Below are positions 53,050 through 62,998 of a stretch of 64,000 nt of DNA, one piece after another (position 1 is the first letter of the stretch; each line of letters opens with the position of its first letter). The position numbers and the translations under genes are program-made. Below the pieces are notes generated by a model, which had not been told where the DNA came from, made no database searches, and was given only the letters and a program-made list of their open reading frames with translations. Source of the stretch: Opitutales bacterium (lineage in GTDB: Bacteria > Verrucomicrobiota > Verrucomicrobiia > Opitutales > PNEW01); contig CBDANS010000006.1 of NCBI GenBank assembly GCA_965197745.1, forward strand, positions 1,088,001 through 1,152,000, written 5' to 3'.

Positions 53050-54390
53050 GTGCCTCCAAACATACTTTTCATCCTTACCGATAACCAGCGCGCGGATCTC
53101 CTCAGTTGCGCCGGCAACCCTGTCATCAACACGTCTAACATCAATCGCCTGGCGATGGGCGGGGTACGGTTTAGCAACGCTTTCGCAACCACGCCGATCT
53201 GCGCGGCGAGCCGGGCGAGCTATCTGACAGGAATGTACGAGCGGCGTCATCAGTTCACCTTTCTCACGCCTCCACTTCGAACCGAATTTTCCAACAACAG
53301 CTATCCTGCGCTGCTGAAATCGTCGGGATACAGGACCGGATTCATCGGCAAGTTTGGTGTTGCTGCAAATGGAATCGAGCCATCGCTGGAAGATAAGGGT
53401 GGCATCGACAGAATGTTCGACCACTTTGACAACTACGAACACTGGACGGATGAAGGTTATGAAATTCGACAAGCTGATGGGAATATCAGACACCTCACGG
53501 ACATCACGGGTGACAAGGTTATCGATTTCCTCGACCGCCATATGAGTGAGCGGTCGAATCAACCTTTTTGTCTGTCCGTCAGCTTTAATGCGCCGCATGC
53601 CCAGGACGGGGATCCGCGTCATTATATATGGCCGGGATCTGAAGAAGGGCTCTACACAGACGCTTTCATTCCCGGACCTGCCAATGCGGATCCTTCATCT
53701 TTTGAATCCCTTCCCCGATTCATTCAGGAATCGGAGAGCCGAGTTCGGTGGCATACGCGCTTCGACACGAGTGAAAATTACCAACGCAACATAAAGGGCC
53801 TCTATCGGATGGTCAGCGGTATCGATCGAAATATCGGTAGGATGGTGGAGGTATTAGAGCGCCATTCACAGTCGAGCAACACGGTCATCATCTTCGCGTC
53901 AGATCACGGCATGTATTACGGCGAGCGCGGGTTATCCGATTGCTGGCAGTTGAATGACGAATCGATTCGGATCCCGCTCGTCATTTTCGATCCCAGGAGG
54001 AGCGTTAAACGCTCGGTCAGAAATGAAATGGTATTGAATATCGACGTCGCGCCCACGATCCTGGAGCTGGCAGGATTGACGGTCCCGTCTATCGTCCAGG
54101 GGCGCAGCCTGATTCCGCTGATGGATGATTCCGTTGACGGTTGGCGGACGGAATTCTTTTGCGAGCACCGCTTTGATCGACCGGACATCCCCAAAAGCGA
54201 AGGAGTCCGAACCGAACGGTGGAAGTACATCCGTTATTTTGAACAGAATCCCGTTCACGAAGAACTCTATGATCTCGAGGGGGACCCGCACGAGTCACGA
54301 AATCTCATCGGAGACCCTGATTATTCCGGTCGCATCGGTGAAATGCGCCTAAAATGCGCGGACCTCTCCTTAAAAGCTGGTTCTTCATAA
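53050..54390 (+). CDS. Formylglycine-type sulfatase
   Basis: PNILFILTD, CAASRASYLTG, GYRTGFIGK, SDHG and EELYDL..DP.E motifs. Confidence 0.92.
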   Translation: MPPNILFILTDNQRADLLSCAGNPVINTSNINRLAMGGVRFSNAFATTPICAASRASYLTGMYERRHQFTFLTPPLRTEFSNNSYPALLKSSGYRTGFIGKFGVAANGIEPSLEDKGGIDRMFDHFDNYEHWTDEGYEIRQADGNIRHLTDITGDKVIDFLDRHMSERSNQPFCLSVSFNAPHAQDGDPRHYIWPGSEEGLYTDAFIPGPANADPSSFESLPRFIQESESRVRWHTRFDTSENYQRNIKGLYRMVSGIDRNIGRMVEVLERHSQSSNTVIIFASDHGMYYGERGLSDCWQLNDESIRIPLVIFDPRRSVKRSVRNEMVLNIDVAPTILELAGLTVPSIVQGRSLIPLMDDSVDGWRTEFFCEHRFDRPDIPKSEGVRTERWKYIRYFEQNPVHEELYDLEGDPHESRNLIGDPDYSGRIGEMRLKCADLSLKAGSS

Positions 54391-54517
54391 TTCAATATGG
54401 GGTAAAGCTCCAGGGCAATTAAGGTTTGAATGATGGGGGTTTAACTATTTAGCTTATCCTGATTCAAATCAATTCTAGTTTATTCGAATAATCCAACTTC
54501 AACGGAGTTAATATCAC

Positions 54518-55318
54518 ATGGCACAAGCGCTAGAACTGATCGCCCCCCCTGACCTTGCCGGCCAGGTATCGGCAATTGAAAACGACGGCTTTGCTTATTT
54601 TCCCAACTACCTGAATACGGATGAAGTCGCTGAACTTCGGGCTTGTATGGATCGGACAGAGATTATCGAGGCCAGCTTTGATAAGCACAGATCGCCTGAA
54701 AATGGGGGTTTTTATGAAAAGACGATCAACAATGCTTTCAACCGCGACCCCATCTTCATGACATTCCTCGATAAGCCGGGCATCATCGAATTCGAAGAAG
54801 CCGTGCATGGAGAGGATTGTCACGTCATTGCGATGACGGCGTGGATGACGGGACCTGGTCGACCCGATCAAAAGATACACACCGATTGGCAACCCATCAA
54901 TCTGCCGGAAGATATTCTCGCTGACTCACGGGTAAAGGTTCCAATTTTCATTACGACTGCGCATTTCTACCTCGACGAAATAACCGAAGAAATAGGGCCG
55001 ACGCAGTTTATTCCCGGAAGTCATCGAGCCGGGCGTAAACCCGACGGGGAAAATACCTGGCAGGGGATTGAGCCGCACAATATTATGTGCCAGGCGGGTG
55101 ATGTGCTGATTTTTCGCAGTGAGGTCTGGCATCGGGGGACGGCGAATACGAGCGATCAAGTCCGACATCTATTGCAGGTCCATTTCGCGCAACGGATGAT
55201 TACCCAGAAATTCCCGCCTTACCTTAACAAATTTCAGTTTGATGAAGCGTTGCTGGCCCAGGCTACACCCCGCCAGCGTCGGTTGCTCGGTGAGCATCGA
55301 CAGAGCAATTATGATTAA
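54518..55318 (+). CDS. PhyH-family dioxygenase
   Basis: IHTD, GPTQFIPGSH, WHRGTANTS..R. Confidence 0.9.
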   Translation: MAQALELIAPPDLAGQVSAIENDGFAYFPNYLNTDEVAELRACMDRTEIIEASFDKHRSPENGGFYEKTINNAFNRDPIFMTFLDKPGIIEFEEAVHGEDCHVIAMTAWMTGPGRPDQKIHTDWQPINLPEDILADSRVKVPIFITTAHFYLDEITEEIGPTQFIPGSHRAGRKPDGENTWQGIEPHNIMCQAGDVLIFRSEVWHRGTANTSDQVRHLLQVHFAQRMITQKFPPYLNKFQFDEALLAQATPRQRRLLGEHRQSNYD

Positions 55319-55324
55319 TCAATC

Positions 55325-56062
55325 ATGATTAAAGCCAGACTTCCCATCCCCGATCGTCTGATTGTTCTGACCTTCGATGACGGGGTTAAATCACAAGCTA
55401 CCTTTGTTGCGCCACTGCTCAAGACCTGCGGGTTCAGGGCGACGTTTTATATCACCGAGGGGCTGAACTTTCTCAAGGATAAGGACTGTTACATGACTTG
55501 GGAAGAGATTCAGGAGATGCACGAAGCAGGGTTCGAAATCGGCAATCATACCCGCCACCACAAAGACGTGAGCACCCAGACGTGCGACGAATTAGTCGCA
55601 GATCTGGCGCACATTGATCACCGTTGCGAGGAACATGGCATTCCCATTCCCCAGACATTTTGTTATCCCGGTTATTCTAACAGTCCCGAAGCAGTAGATG
55701 TCCTTGCAGAAAAGCAATGCCTATTCGCGCGCCGGGGTATGGCACCGGAGTATCCTTATCATAATGAAGGCGGGCGAGGCCCGGCCTATGATCCAAGGCA
55801 ACACTATCCCCTGCTTATCCCAACGACCGGGGCATCAGGTCCCAACTGGACTTACGACGATTTTGTCTGGGCTGTTGAACAAGCCAGGGACGGCAATATC
55901 ACCGTCCTGACTTACCACGGTGTGCCGGATCTGGATCACCCGTGGGTAGATACCGAGCAGGACACGTTTAAAACTTATATGGATTATTTGCACGATCACG
56001 ACTGTACTGTCATTGCCCTCTGCGACCTGGCCCAATATGTAGACCCACTGGCACAGGCATGA
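55325..56062 (+). CDS. Polysaccharide deacetylase (CE4/NodB) family protein
   Basis: LTFDDG, EIGNHTRHH, FCYPG and LTYHG motifs. Confidence 0.9.
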   Translation: MIKARLPIPDRLIVLTFDDGVKSQATFVAPLLKTCGFRATFYITEGLNFLKDKDCYMTWEEIQEMHEAGFEIGNHTRHHKDVSTQTCDELVADLAHIDHRCEEHGIPIPQTFCYPGYSNSPEAVDVLAEKQCLFARRGMAPEYPYHNEGGRGPAYDPRQHYPLLIPTTGASGPNWTYDDFVWAVEQARDGNITVLTYHGVPDLDHPWVDTEQDTFKTYMDYLHDHDCTVIALCDLAQYVDPLAQA

Positions 56063-56153
56063 AGTCAGAAAAATGTTATTGAAATGAGACCTGTCCCCTA
56101 CAGGCTACCGATGATTTCAGATTTTAATAACACGCAAACGAGGTAACTGAACG

Positions 56154-57281
56154 ATGAACATTAAAGAGATTAAGGCCTTTCCCCTGGCTTATCCGGAGCC
56201 CCATTACAAGGGCATTGAGCGTTATATCACCCTGGCCCGCGTTGAGACGGAAGATGGCCTCGTTGGTTGGGGCGAGTGTATTTCACAGTTTCGCGAGGCA
56301 GCGCTGGCGACAAAAACAATCATTGAACAAGGATTTGCTCCCTTGCTTGTCGGGGAAAATATCCTGGATGGCGAACGGCTCTGGCACATCATGGAAGACC
56401 GTATCTGGTGGTATGGTCCTGAAGGGATTGCCGCCTTTGCCGTGAGCGCCGTCGATATGGCTTTGTGGGATGTGAAAGGAAAAGCACTCGGCCAACCGGT
56501 CTGCCAGCTCCTGGGCGGAAAATTACACGACAGGGTTATTGCCATGGCGTCCTTCATTTTTGATATGGAAGACTTTGACTGGACTTTAAACGAGTTTCTC
56601 TGGTTATGTGAGCAAGGCTATCATATGGTGAAAGCCGGCTGGGGCATGCACCGCCAGGCTCTTTTTGGGCAGGATCGAAAAGCGGACATCGACATTGTCC
56701 GTCAAGTGCGTGAAGCTATCGGAGAGGAACCTGAACTCATTGTTGACACCCCCGGTATCTATAAACTGTGGGATGTGCCGACCGCCATCCAGCGCTTCCG
56801 TGATCTGGAGCCCTACCGTCTCCGCTGGATAGAACAGCCCTTGTTTCCCAGCGATCTTGAAGGGCACGCCTGGCTCCGCGCCGCGGTCTCAACCGCTATC
56901 GGCACGGGCGAAGACGAATGGGATTTGGAGAGTTATAAGCGGTTGATCGATTCGAGCGGGGTGGATGTGATACAAATAGACCCCGGTCGCGTGCATGGCA
57001 TCACCGGTAGTTATCAAGTGATAAAATTGATTGAAGCGGCCAACCTTGAAGTCAGCGCCCATACCTGGAGCGGCGCTCTCAACACCGCGGCCAGCTTGCA
57101 CCTTCTCGCCAACACAACCCATGGCGTGAGTATGGATTTTAAACCTCACGAATCACCGATGCAGCATGAACTGGTCAGTGATCCCTGGGTCCAGGAAGAG
57201 GGTTACCTGGTGGTACGTGACGCGCCCGGACTGGGTGTTGAAGTGCGAGAAGAGATAGTTCAAAAGTATCTGTTCAGCTGA
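56154..57281 (+). CDS. Mandelate racemase/muconate lactonizing (enolase superfamily) enzyme
   Basis: GLVGWGE, SAVDMALWDVKGK..PV..LLGG, WIEQP, GEDE and PGLGVE motifs. Confidence 0.9.
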   Translation: MNIKEIKAFPLAYPEPHYKGIERYITLARVETEDGLVGWGECISQFREAALATKTIIEQGFAPLLVGENILDGERLWHIMEDRIWWYGPEGIAAFAVSAVDMALWDVKGKALGQPVCQLLGGKLHDRVIAMASFIFDMEDFDWTLNEFLWLCEQGYHMVKAGWGMHRQALFGQDRKADIDIVRQVREAIGEEPELIVDTPGIYKLWDVPTAIQRFRDLEPYRLRWIEQPLFPSDLEGHAWLRAAVSTAIGTGEDEWDLESYKRLIDSSGVDVIQIDPGRVHGITGSYQVIKLIEAANLEVSAHTWSGALNTAASLHLLANTTHGVSMDFKPHESPMQHELVSDPWVQEEGYLVVRDAPGLGVEVREEIVQKYLFS

Positions 57282-57481
57282 TCGCAGCTTTCGCTTCTAT
57301 TCCTCTTGGGATTTTATTTTTTACAACCTTGTTCAAGGGGCGCGTAAATCAGCATTTTTGTAATATGGGGTTCAAAGAGTGAATTACATCACCCTTGCCT
57401 AATAGTAACATCTCATTTCACATTGGGGAATTATCCGATGTGAACGTCCCGGTAATTGTATGGTGATGGAGTATCTAAGCT

Positions 57482-58294
57482 ATGGATTTAGAAAGTATAA
57501 TCAGGTCGCGAGATAATATCCTTAAAAAAGCGATTGCCTGGTTTAAATTGAATACCGCGACCAAAGGTATTTTTCTCGCAGGTTCTTTGGCCACCGACGA
57601 GTCAGATGCCTACTCCGATATTGATTTGATAGTTGTCGTTACCGATAGTGAATTGAACCGCTATGTCGAAAATCGATTAGAGGCTCCCCAGCGATGGGGA
57701 GACCTTCTCCTTAATGAATGGTGGCCCCGCGCCCACCACTGTGTTTCGCATTTCAAACCTTTTATTAAGATGGATGTGTTCTATTACGGGGTCGCGGAAA
57801 TTAAACCCTCGCCCTGGTACGCTCTACCCATCCGGGTTGCTTATGATCCTGAAGGGATTGTTGAAAAAATAATCGATCAATCCGTGTCTTTGTCTTTTGA
57901 GATAGATGAAGGGGAAATGGATCGTTTGATAAGTAGAGGCATTGCTTGCGCTCATGAATCTTACAGACGATTAAAACGTTCAGAACTTTTTTATGCTAAA
58001 AATTTAATGGATAGTCTGCGAAGTTGCATAATCCTCCTGGACGATGCCATACACGGGCGAAATACAATTTCTTCACCTTTCTCCAAATACGAACGAAGAG
58101 GTGAAGAGAGAGACCAACAGAAGTTAACGGCGTCTTATGGGAAACTGGATCAAAAACTGATGTTTGATAACCTGGGGTTATTAATAGATTTATTCTGTGT
58201 GAAAATGGAAGCAGCCCATAAGCAATTTTCAATGAACCGAAATATTGACAATGATCGCTATGCCTTGGCGATCATTCAGAATGATAAAAATTAA
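57482..58294 (+). CDS. Nucleotidyltransferase-domain protein (aminoglycoside adenylyltransferase-like)
   Basis: Pol-beta NTase motif GSLA..SDAYSDIDL. Confidence 0.75.
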   Translation: MDLESIIRSRDNILKKAIAWFKLNTATKGIFLAGSLATDESDAYSDIDLIVVVTDSELNRYVENRLEAPQRWGDLLLNEWWPRAHHCVSHFKPFIKMDVFYYGVAEIKPSPWYALPIRVAYDPEGIVEKIIDQSVSLSFEIDEGEMDRLISRGIACAHESYRRLKRSELFYAKNLMDSLRSCIILLDDAIHGRNTISSPFSKYERRGEERDQQKLTASYGKLDQKLMFDNLGLLIDLFCVKMEAAHKQFSMNRNIDNDRYALAIIQNDKN

Positions 58295-58365
58295 TACAAT
58301 CGAACACTGAGTGTATCCTTTTCAAGATTCTAACATAGTTTCAGAAGTATTTTTGAATATAGAAA

Positions 58366-59232
58366 ATGAATAAAGAGGTCAAAGATCGTCTGGAGGTTGC
58401 TGAAGGCATTTTACTTACATACGAAAAATATTCAAATGCTCTCGCGGGGTTTGTATTCGGCTCTGTTGGATATGGATTTGCTGATAAATATTCGGATCTG
58501 GAAATCGGGATTATATGGAAGGAAATTCCTCAGGAGGATGAGTTAAAAGAAATATGTTTAAAAATTAAGGGAACTTCCTGGGTATATGAAGGATTGCACG
58601 AACAAAAGCTTTCAACCGGCGATGCCTACCGGGTTGATGGCCTGAAAGTAGAACCGGCGCACTGGTCAAGTGAAACCCTGGAGTCCATCATAAAAGAAGT
58701 AGTTGTTGATTGTAACTCCATGAAAAATGGGTGGCTATACGAACGGCAGGCAACGCTGGCCATGCTCCAAAGGGGGAAGGTGGTTTTTGGAGTGAAGGTG
58801 TTAAGCGAACTTAGAGTGAAAATTATTGAATACCCGGCCAGGCTTTCTGAAAAAATGGTCGAAATTAATATCGAGACTGGAAACCTTCAGATATTAAAGA
58901 TGCTGGCGGAAAGAGAAGAAACGCCTCTACTTCAATTTAATTTAGTTAACGGAATAAATAGATTTTATGCACTGATATACGGATTAAATAAAATCTACCA
59001 CCCAAGTTTTAAATGGAATCACTATTTTTTGTCCGAATGCCCGTTAAAACCAGAGAATTTCACCCAACGGATTAATAAGCTTTTTCAAAGCGATTTAATA
59101 GAGGCTGTAGCTGTTTATCAAAGTATTGTAGAGGACCTTTTCCTCCTGGTGGAAAATCATATGCCTCAGGTAAATGTAAATCAAAATAGAGAACAGTTTT
59201 TTAAAGAAGATCTTGTTTGGAGAAAAACGTAG
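58366..59232 (+). CDS. Nucleotidyltransferase-domain protein (DUF4037-like C-terminus)
   Basis: GSVGYGFADKYSDLEI and LNKIYHPSFKW motifs. Confidence 0.7.
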   Translation: MNKEVKDRLEVAEGILLTYEKYSNALAGFVFGSVGYGFADKYSDLEIGIIWKEIPQEDELKEICLKIKGTSWVYEGLHEQKLSTGDAYRVDGLKVEPAHWSSETLESIIKEVVVDCNSMKNGWLYERQATLAMLQRGKVVFGVKVLSELRVKIIEYPARLSEKMVEINIETGNLQILKMLAEREETPLLQFNLVNGINRFYALIYGLNKIYHPSFKWNHYFLSECPLKPENFTQRINKLFQSDLIEAVAVYQSIVEDLFLLVENHMPQVNVNQNREQFFKEDLVWRKT

Positions 59233-59360
59233 TAAATTCAAAATGGAGAGGTGCAAAGTAAGGATCGAACAGAAATTGTGTGTTGTATGAAGGCCGGATG
59301 TATATGGCAGCTATGGATAGTTGCATACAAAAATGATTTTAATTAGGGATATTCGTAATA

Positions 59361-59735
59361 GTGATGAAGCTCGACCATATCCAGTTAGCAATGCCTCCTG
59401 GCGAAGAAGCCAAAGCCAGGGAATATTTTACGGGAGTTCTCGGAATGGAAGAAGAAGAGAAACCGGAACCGTTAGCATCAAGAGGCGGCTGCTGGTTTAG
59501 GTCGGGTTCAGTGATTCTGCATCTTGGGGTAGAGAGAGATTTTTCACCCCAGAGGAAGGCGCATCCCGCATTTTCTATTTCTGATTTAAATGCCTTGGAA
59601 AAGAAATTGAAAGAAAAGAACTATGAAGTAATTTGGGACGATGATTTACCTGGGCGAAAACGATTTTATTCTACCGATCCCTTTGGAAATAGGATTGAGT
59701 TTATGCAAGAGGGCGACGGTTTCAGTGAAAAGTAA
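59361..59735 (+). CDS. VOC/glyoxalase family protein
   Basis: LDHIQLAMP, KAHPAF and DPFGNRIE motifs. Confidence 0.9.
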   Translation: MMKLDHIQLAMPPGEEAKAREYFTGVLGMEEEEKPEPLASRGGCWFRSGSVILHLGVERDFSPQRKAHPAFSISDLNALEKKLKEKNYEVIWDDDLPGRKRFYSTDPFGNRIEFMQEGDGFSEK

Positions 59736-59750
59736 AGGTGAGATAGAGAA

Positions 59751-60269
59751 ATGAAAGTGGAATTAAACGAGGCCAAAGAGGAAGACCTGCCGGTTGTTTT
59801 GAATCTCATTACGTACTATGTTTATGATATGTCGAAATCGACAGGGTGGGACTGCAACCCTCGGGGAATCTACGGTGGTTGCGACGATGCGCGAGAATAC
59901 TGGCAATCCAATCATCCCGATACTTCCCCTGAAATGAGATGGGCAAAGGGTCGAAAAGGGCATCCGTTTATGATTTCTGTTGATGGCAGGATTGCCGGGT
60001 TTGTCTTACTTCAAGAGCTATGTGATGAAGGAAAAACACTATTCGATGTTGGGGAGTTTTTTGTCGCTGGGAAATTCCAAAGAAAAGGAGTCGGAAAGTA
60101 TATTGCGCACACCCTCTTCAGACGATTTCGAGGTGACTGGAGAATTCGTCAGATCCCGGAAAACACACCCGCAATAAAATTCTGGGAACAGGTAATTGGC
60201 GAGTTCACCAATGGGAATTTTAAAATGAATAAAACAGAAGATACCGTTTTCCAGACTTTTAAAACTTAA
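59751..60269 (+). CDS. GNAT acetyltransferase
   Basis: EFFV..FQRKGVG and N.PA..FW motifs. Confidence 0.88.
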   Translation: MKVELNEAKEEDLPVVLNLITYYVYDMSKSTGWDCNPRGIYGGCDDAREYWQSNHPDTSPEMRWAKGRKGHPFMISVDGRIAGFVLLQELCDEGKTLFDVGEFFVAGKFQRKGVGKYIAHTLFRRFRGDWRIRQIPENTPAIKFWEQVIGEFTNGNFKMNKTEDTVFQTFKT

Positions 60270-60343
60270 GCAATATTCACCCTGTGTTACAATACAACAC
60301 AGGCTACCGTTACCGCGTATCAATACTGCCGCTCGGAATAAAT

Positions 60344-60880
60344 ATGAATAAGAAAGAATTAGCTAAAGTAATCTATGAGACTTCTAATATAAAAGGAAAA
60401 TTTCGTCTTAGATCCGGTGCGTTCAGCAATGAATATTTTGATAAATATTTATTCGAAGCTCAACCAGTTATTCTGAAAGCCATTGCTGAGTCAATGGCTC
60501 CCATGATTCCAGATGGAACTGAGGTCCTTGCGGGACTGGAAATGGGAGGGATTCCCTTAGTCACGATGCTTTCTCAGATAACTGAAATCCCTGCATTGTT
60601 TGTGAGAAAAAAGGCAAAAGATTATGGAACCTGTAAGCTTGCGGAGGGAGGGGAAGTAAAGGGAAAGAAAATGGTTATCATTGAAGATGTTGTTACTTCA
60701 GGAGGTCAGATAAATCTATCAGCGAAAGATCTTCGCAAAGAGGGGGCATTAATTGATACCGTTCTTTGTGTTATCGATCGCGAATCCGGAGGATTAGAGA
60801 ATTTAGAAAAAGAAGGGTTAGAACTAAGAGCACTTTTTACTAAGTCTGAATTGGTTGAGCATGCAGAAGAGTTTAGATAA
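60344..60880 (+). CDS. pyrE: Orotate phosphoribosyltransferase
   Basis: FRLRSG..YFDKY, VRKKAKDYG and the PRPP motif IIEDVVTSGG. Confidence 0.88.
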   Translation: MNKKELAKVIYETSNIKGKFRLRSGAFSNEYFDKYLFEAQPVILKAIAESMAPMIPDGTEVLAGLEMGGIPLVTMLSQITEIPALFVRKKAKDYGTCKLAEGGEVKGKKMVIIEDVVTSGGQINLSAKDLRKEGALIDTVLCVIDRESGGLENLEKEGLELRALFTKSELVEHAEEFR

Positions 60881-60902
60881 TTACCTGTAAATTATCGTAA
60901 AT

Positions 60903-61628
60903 ATGAAACGAAATTTAAACTCACTAAATCAACCAATCAGCTTTTCTGTTCCTGACTGGAAACCACCCAATACGCCGGCACGTGAGCCGGTGGAGGGACA
61001 ATATTGTCGTTTAGAGCCACTTGATCCGGACCGTCACGCAGCTGTACTCTACACAGCAAATACCCTGGATATTGAGGGGAGAATCTGGACTTATATGCCC
61101 TATGGCCCTTTCGAGACACTGGAAATCTATATTGATTGGATGAACCGAACATGTTGTGGCAGTGATCCTTCTTTCTTTACAATCATTGATAAAACAACGG
61201 GAGAAGCCGTTGGTGTAGCAAGCTATCTAAATATAAAACCAGGTAACGGAACGATTGAGGTTGGTCATCTCATCTACTCACCCCAATTACAGCGAACAAC
61301 AGCAGCCACTGAGGTAATGTATTTAATGATGCAAAAAGTATTTGACCTCGGGTATCGACGTTACGAATGGAAATGTAATGCGCTCAATGCAAACTCGCGT
61401 AGCGCGGCGCAGCGTCTCGGGTTTTCGTTCGAGGGGATTTTTCGCCAGGCAACGATCTCCAAGGGTCGCAATCGGGATACAGCCTGGTACTCAATAATCG
61501 ACAGGGAGTGGCCTGTTCTGCGAGATGCTTTTAAGCGTTGGCTCAATCCGTCAAACTTTGATAAAGACGGCAGACAGAGAACACGGCTATCTGAATTGAC
61601 GGATCCGATAATCAAACAGAGTGGTTAA
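60903..61628 (+). CDS. GNAT acetyltransferase (RimJ/RimL-like)
   Basis: IEVGH, GYRRYEWKC..N..S..AA.RLGFSFEG.FRQ and GRNRDTAW motifs. Confidence 0.9.
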   Translation: MKRNLNSLNQPISFSVPDWKPPNTPAREPVEGQYCRLEPLDPDRHAAVLYTANTLDIEGRIWTYMPYGPFETLEIYIDWMNRTCCGSDPSFFTIIDKTTGEAVGVASYLNIKPGNGTIEVGHLIYSPQLQRTTAATEVMYLMMQKVFDLGYRRYEWKCNALNANSRSAAQRLGFSFEGIFRQATISKGRNRDTAWYSIIDREWPVLRDAFKRWLNPSNFDKDGRQRTRLSELTDPIIKQSG

Positions 61629-61681
61629 ATAGATAGAGAGTATTATTCACTCATTATTGCCTTTATACGATATTGAAATCT

Positions 61682-62346
61682 ATGGGTTTTAAACTAAACA
61701 ATGTGGTCCCCTGGAAGAGTATTCGAGGATGTTTTCGCTCAACGAGGAAGACTTCAGCAAATGGATTCTCGGTTGTGGCGACGGCCCATCAAGTTTCAAT
61801 GTCGAGTGTCACAATCGAGGTGTTAAGGTCACTTCGGTTGATCCAATTTACACGTTCAGCAGGAGCGAGCTTGAGCGACGGTTTAAAGAAGTGAGGGAGG
61901 AGATTCTCAAGCAGACACGGGCTAATCTGCATCAATTTATATGGAATCATTTTGCTTCAATTGAGGATTTAGATCGGGCCCGGGTTGGTTCGATGGAACT
62001 GTTTCTGGATGATTTCGAATCGGGTCTCCGTGATGCACGTTATATAACGGGCAGTCTGCCCGAACTTCCTTTTGAAGATGGAGCTTTTGATTTATGCCTG
62101 GTTTCCCATTTTCTCTTTCTCTATAGTGAGCAACTTGACCTGGCATTCCATAGGCAGTCTATCGAGGAAATGATGCGCGTATCAAAAGAATTGCGAATAT
62201 TTCCCCTTCAACAGTTAGGCGCCACGCCGTCGCCGCATCTCGACGCTGTGGTCAAGATGCTTGAAGCGCGGTACCGCATGACAATTGTCGATGTTGATTA
62301 CGAGTTTCAGCGAGGATCGAACAAAATGTTAGTGATAAAAGTTTAA
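61682..62346 (+). pseudogene. SAM-dependent methyltransferase with a 5' frameshift/deletion
   Basis: MGFKLNNVVPW is in one frame; EEYSRMF..ILGCGDGPSSFN..SHFLFLYS is in another. Confidence 0.75.
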
Positions 62347-62410
62347 AAAGTAGTGCTGAGAACTTTACCAGCGCGCTTTGACTGAATTAATAATTATTCA
62401 AGAAATACCG

Positions 62411-62998
62411 ATGGATGATAAACAAATTTTATCCGTTCCGGACCTCGTTCGCGTAATTGAAAAAGAAACCCGGGATTTGAGATTTAAAATGGCATCTGAT
62501 TATCAAACGGGAAGTTTGCTGAGAAACCTTGCCTCAACAAAACCATCGGGAAAACTTTTAGAATTGGGTACAGGAACGGGTCTATCAACCTGCTGGCTTC
62601 TGGAAGGGATGGATAGCAAGGCAACGCTGATTACGGTCGATAATGATCCGAAAGTTGTCGAAGTGGCAAAACGGAATCTGTCTAAAGATACTCGAGTGAG
62701 TTTTAAGGTGATGGATGGTTCAGAATTACTAAAAGAGTTATCAGGGGAAAAGTTTGATTTAATTTTTGCCGATACCTGGCCCGGAAAGTACTGGGACTTC
62801 GAGAAAGCCATCGAACTATTGGATGAAGGAGGGATCTATGTTATTGATGATATGCTCCCTCAAAACAATTGGCCTCAAGATCATCCACCGAAAGTAGAAA
62901 ATTTAATTAATGAATTAGAACAGAGAAAGGATCTTGTGATTACCATGTTGAATTGGTCCACAGGGATAATCCTCGTAACCCGGAAACCGACTGCCTGA
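62411..62998 (+). CDS. O-methyltransferase
   Basis: LELGTGTG, FDLIFADTWPGK and GG.YVIDD motifs. Confidence 0.88.
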   Translation: MDDKQILSVPDLVRVIEKETRDLRFKMASDYQTGSLLRNLASTKPSGKLLELGTGTGLSTCWLLEGMDSKATLITVDNDPKVVEVAKRNLSKDTRVSFKVMDGSELLKELSGEKFDLIFADTWPGKYWDFEKAIELLDEGGIYVIDDMLPQNNWPQDHPPKVENLINELEQRKDLVITMLNWSTGIILVTRKPTA

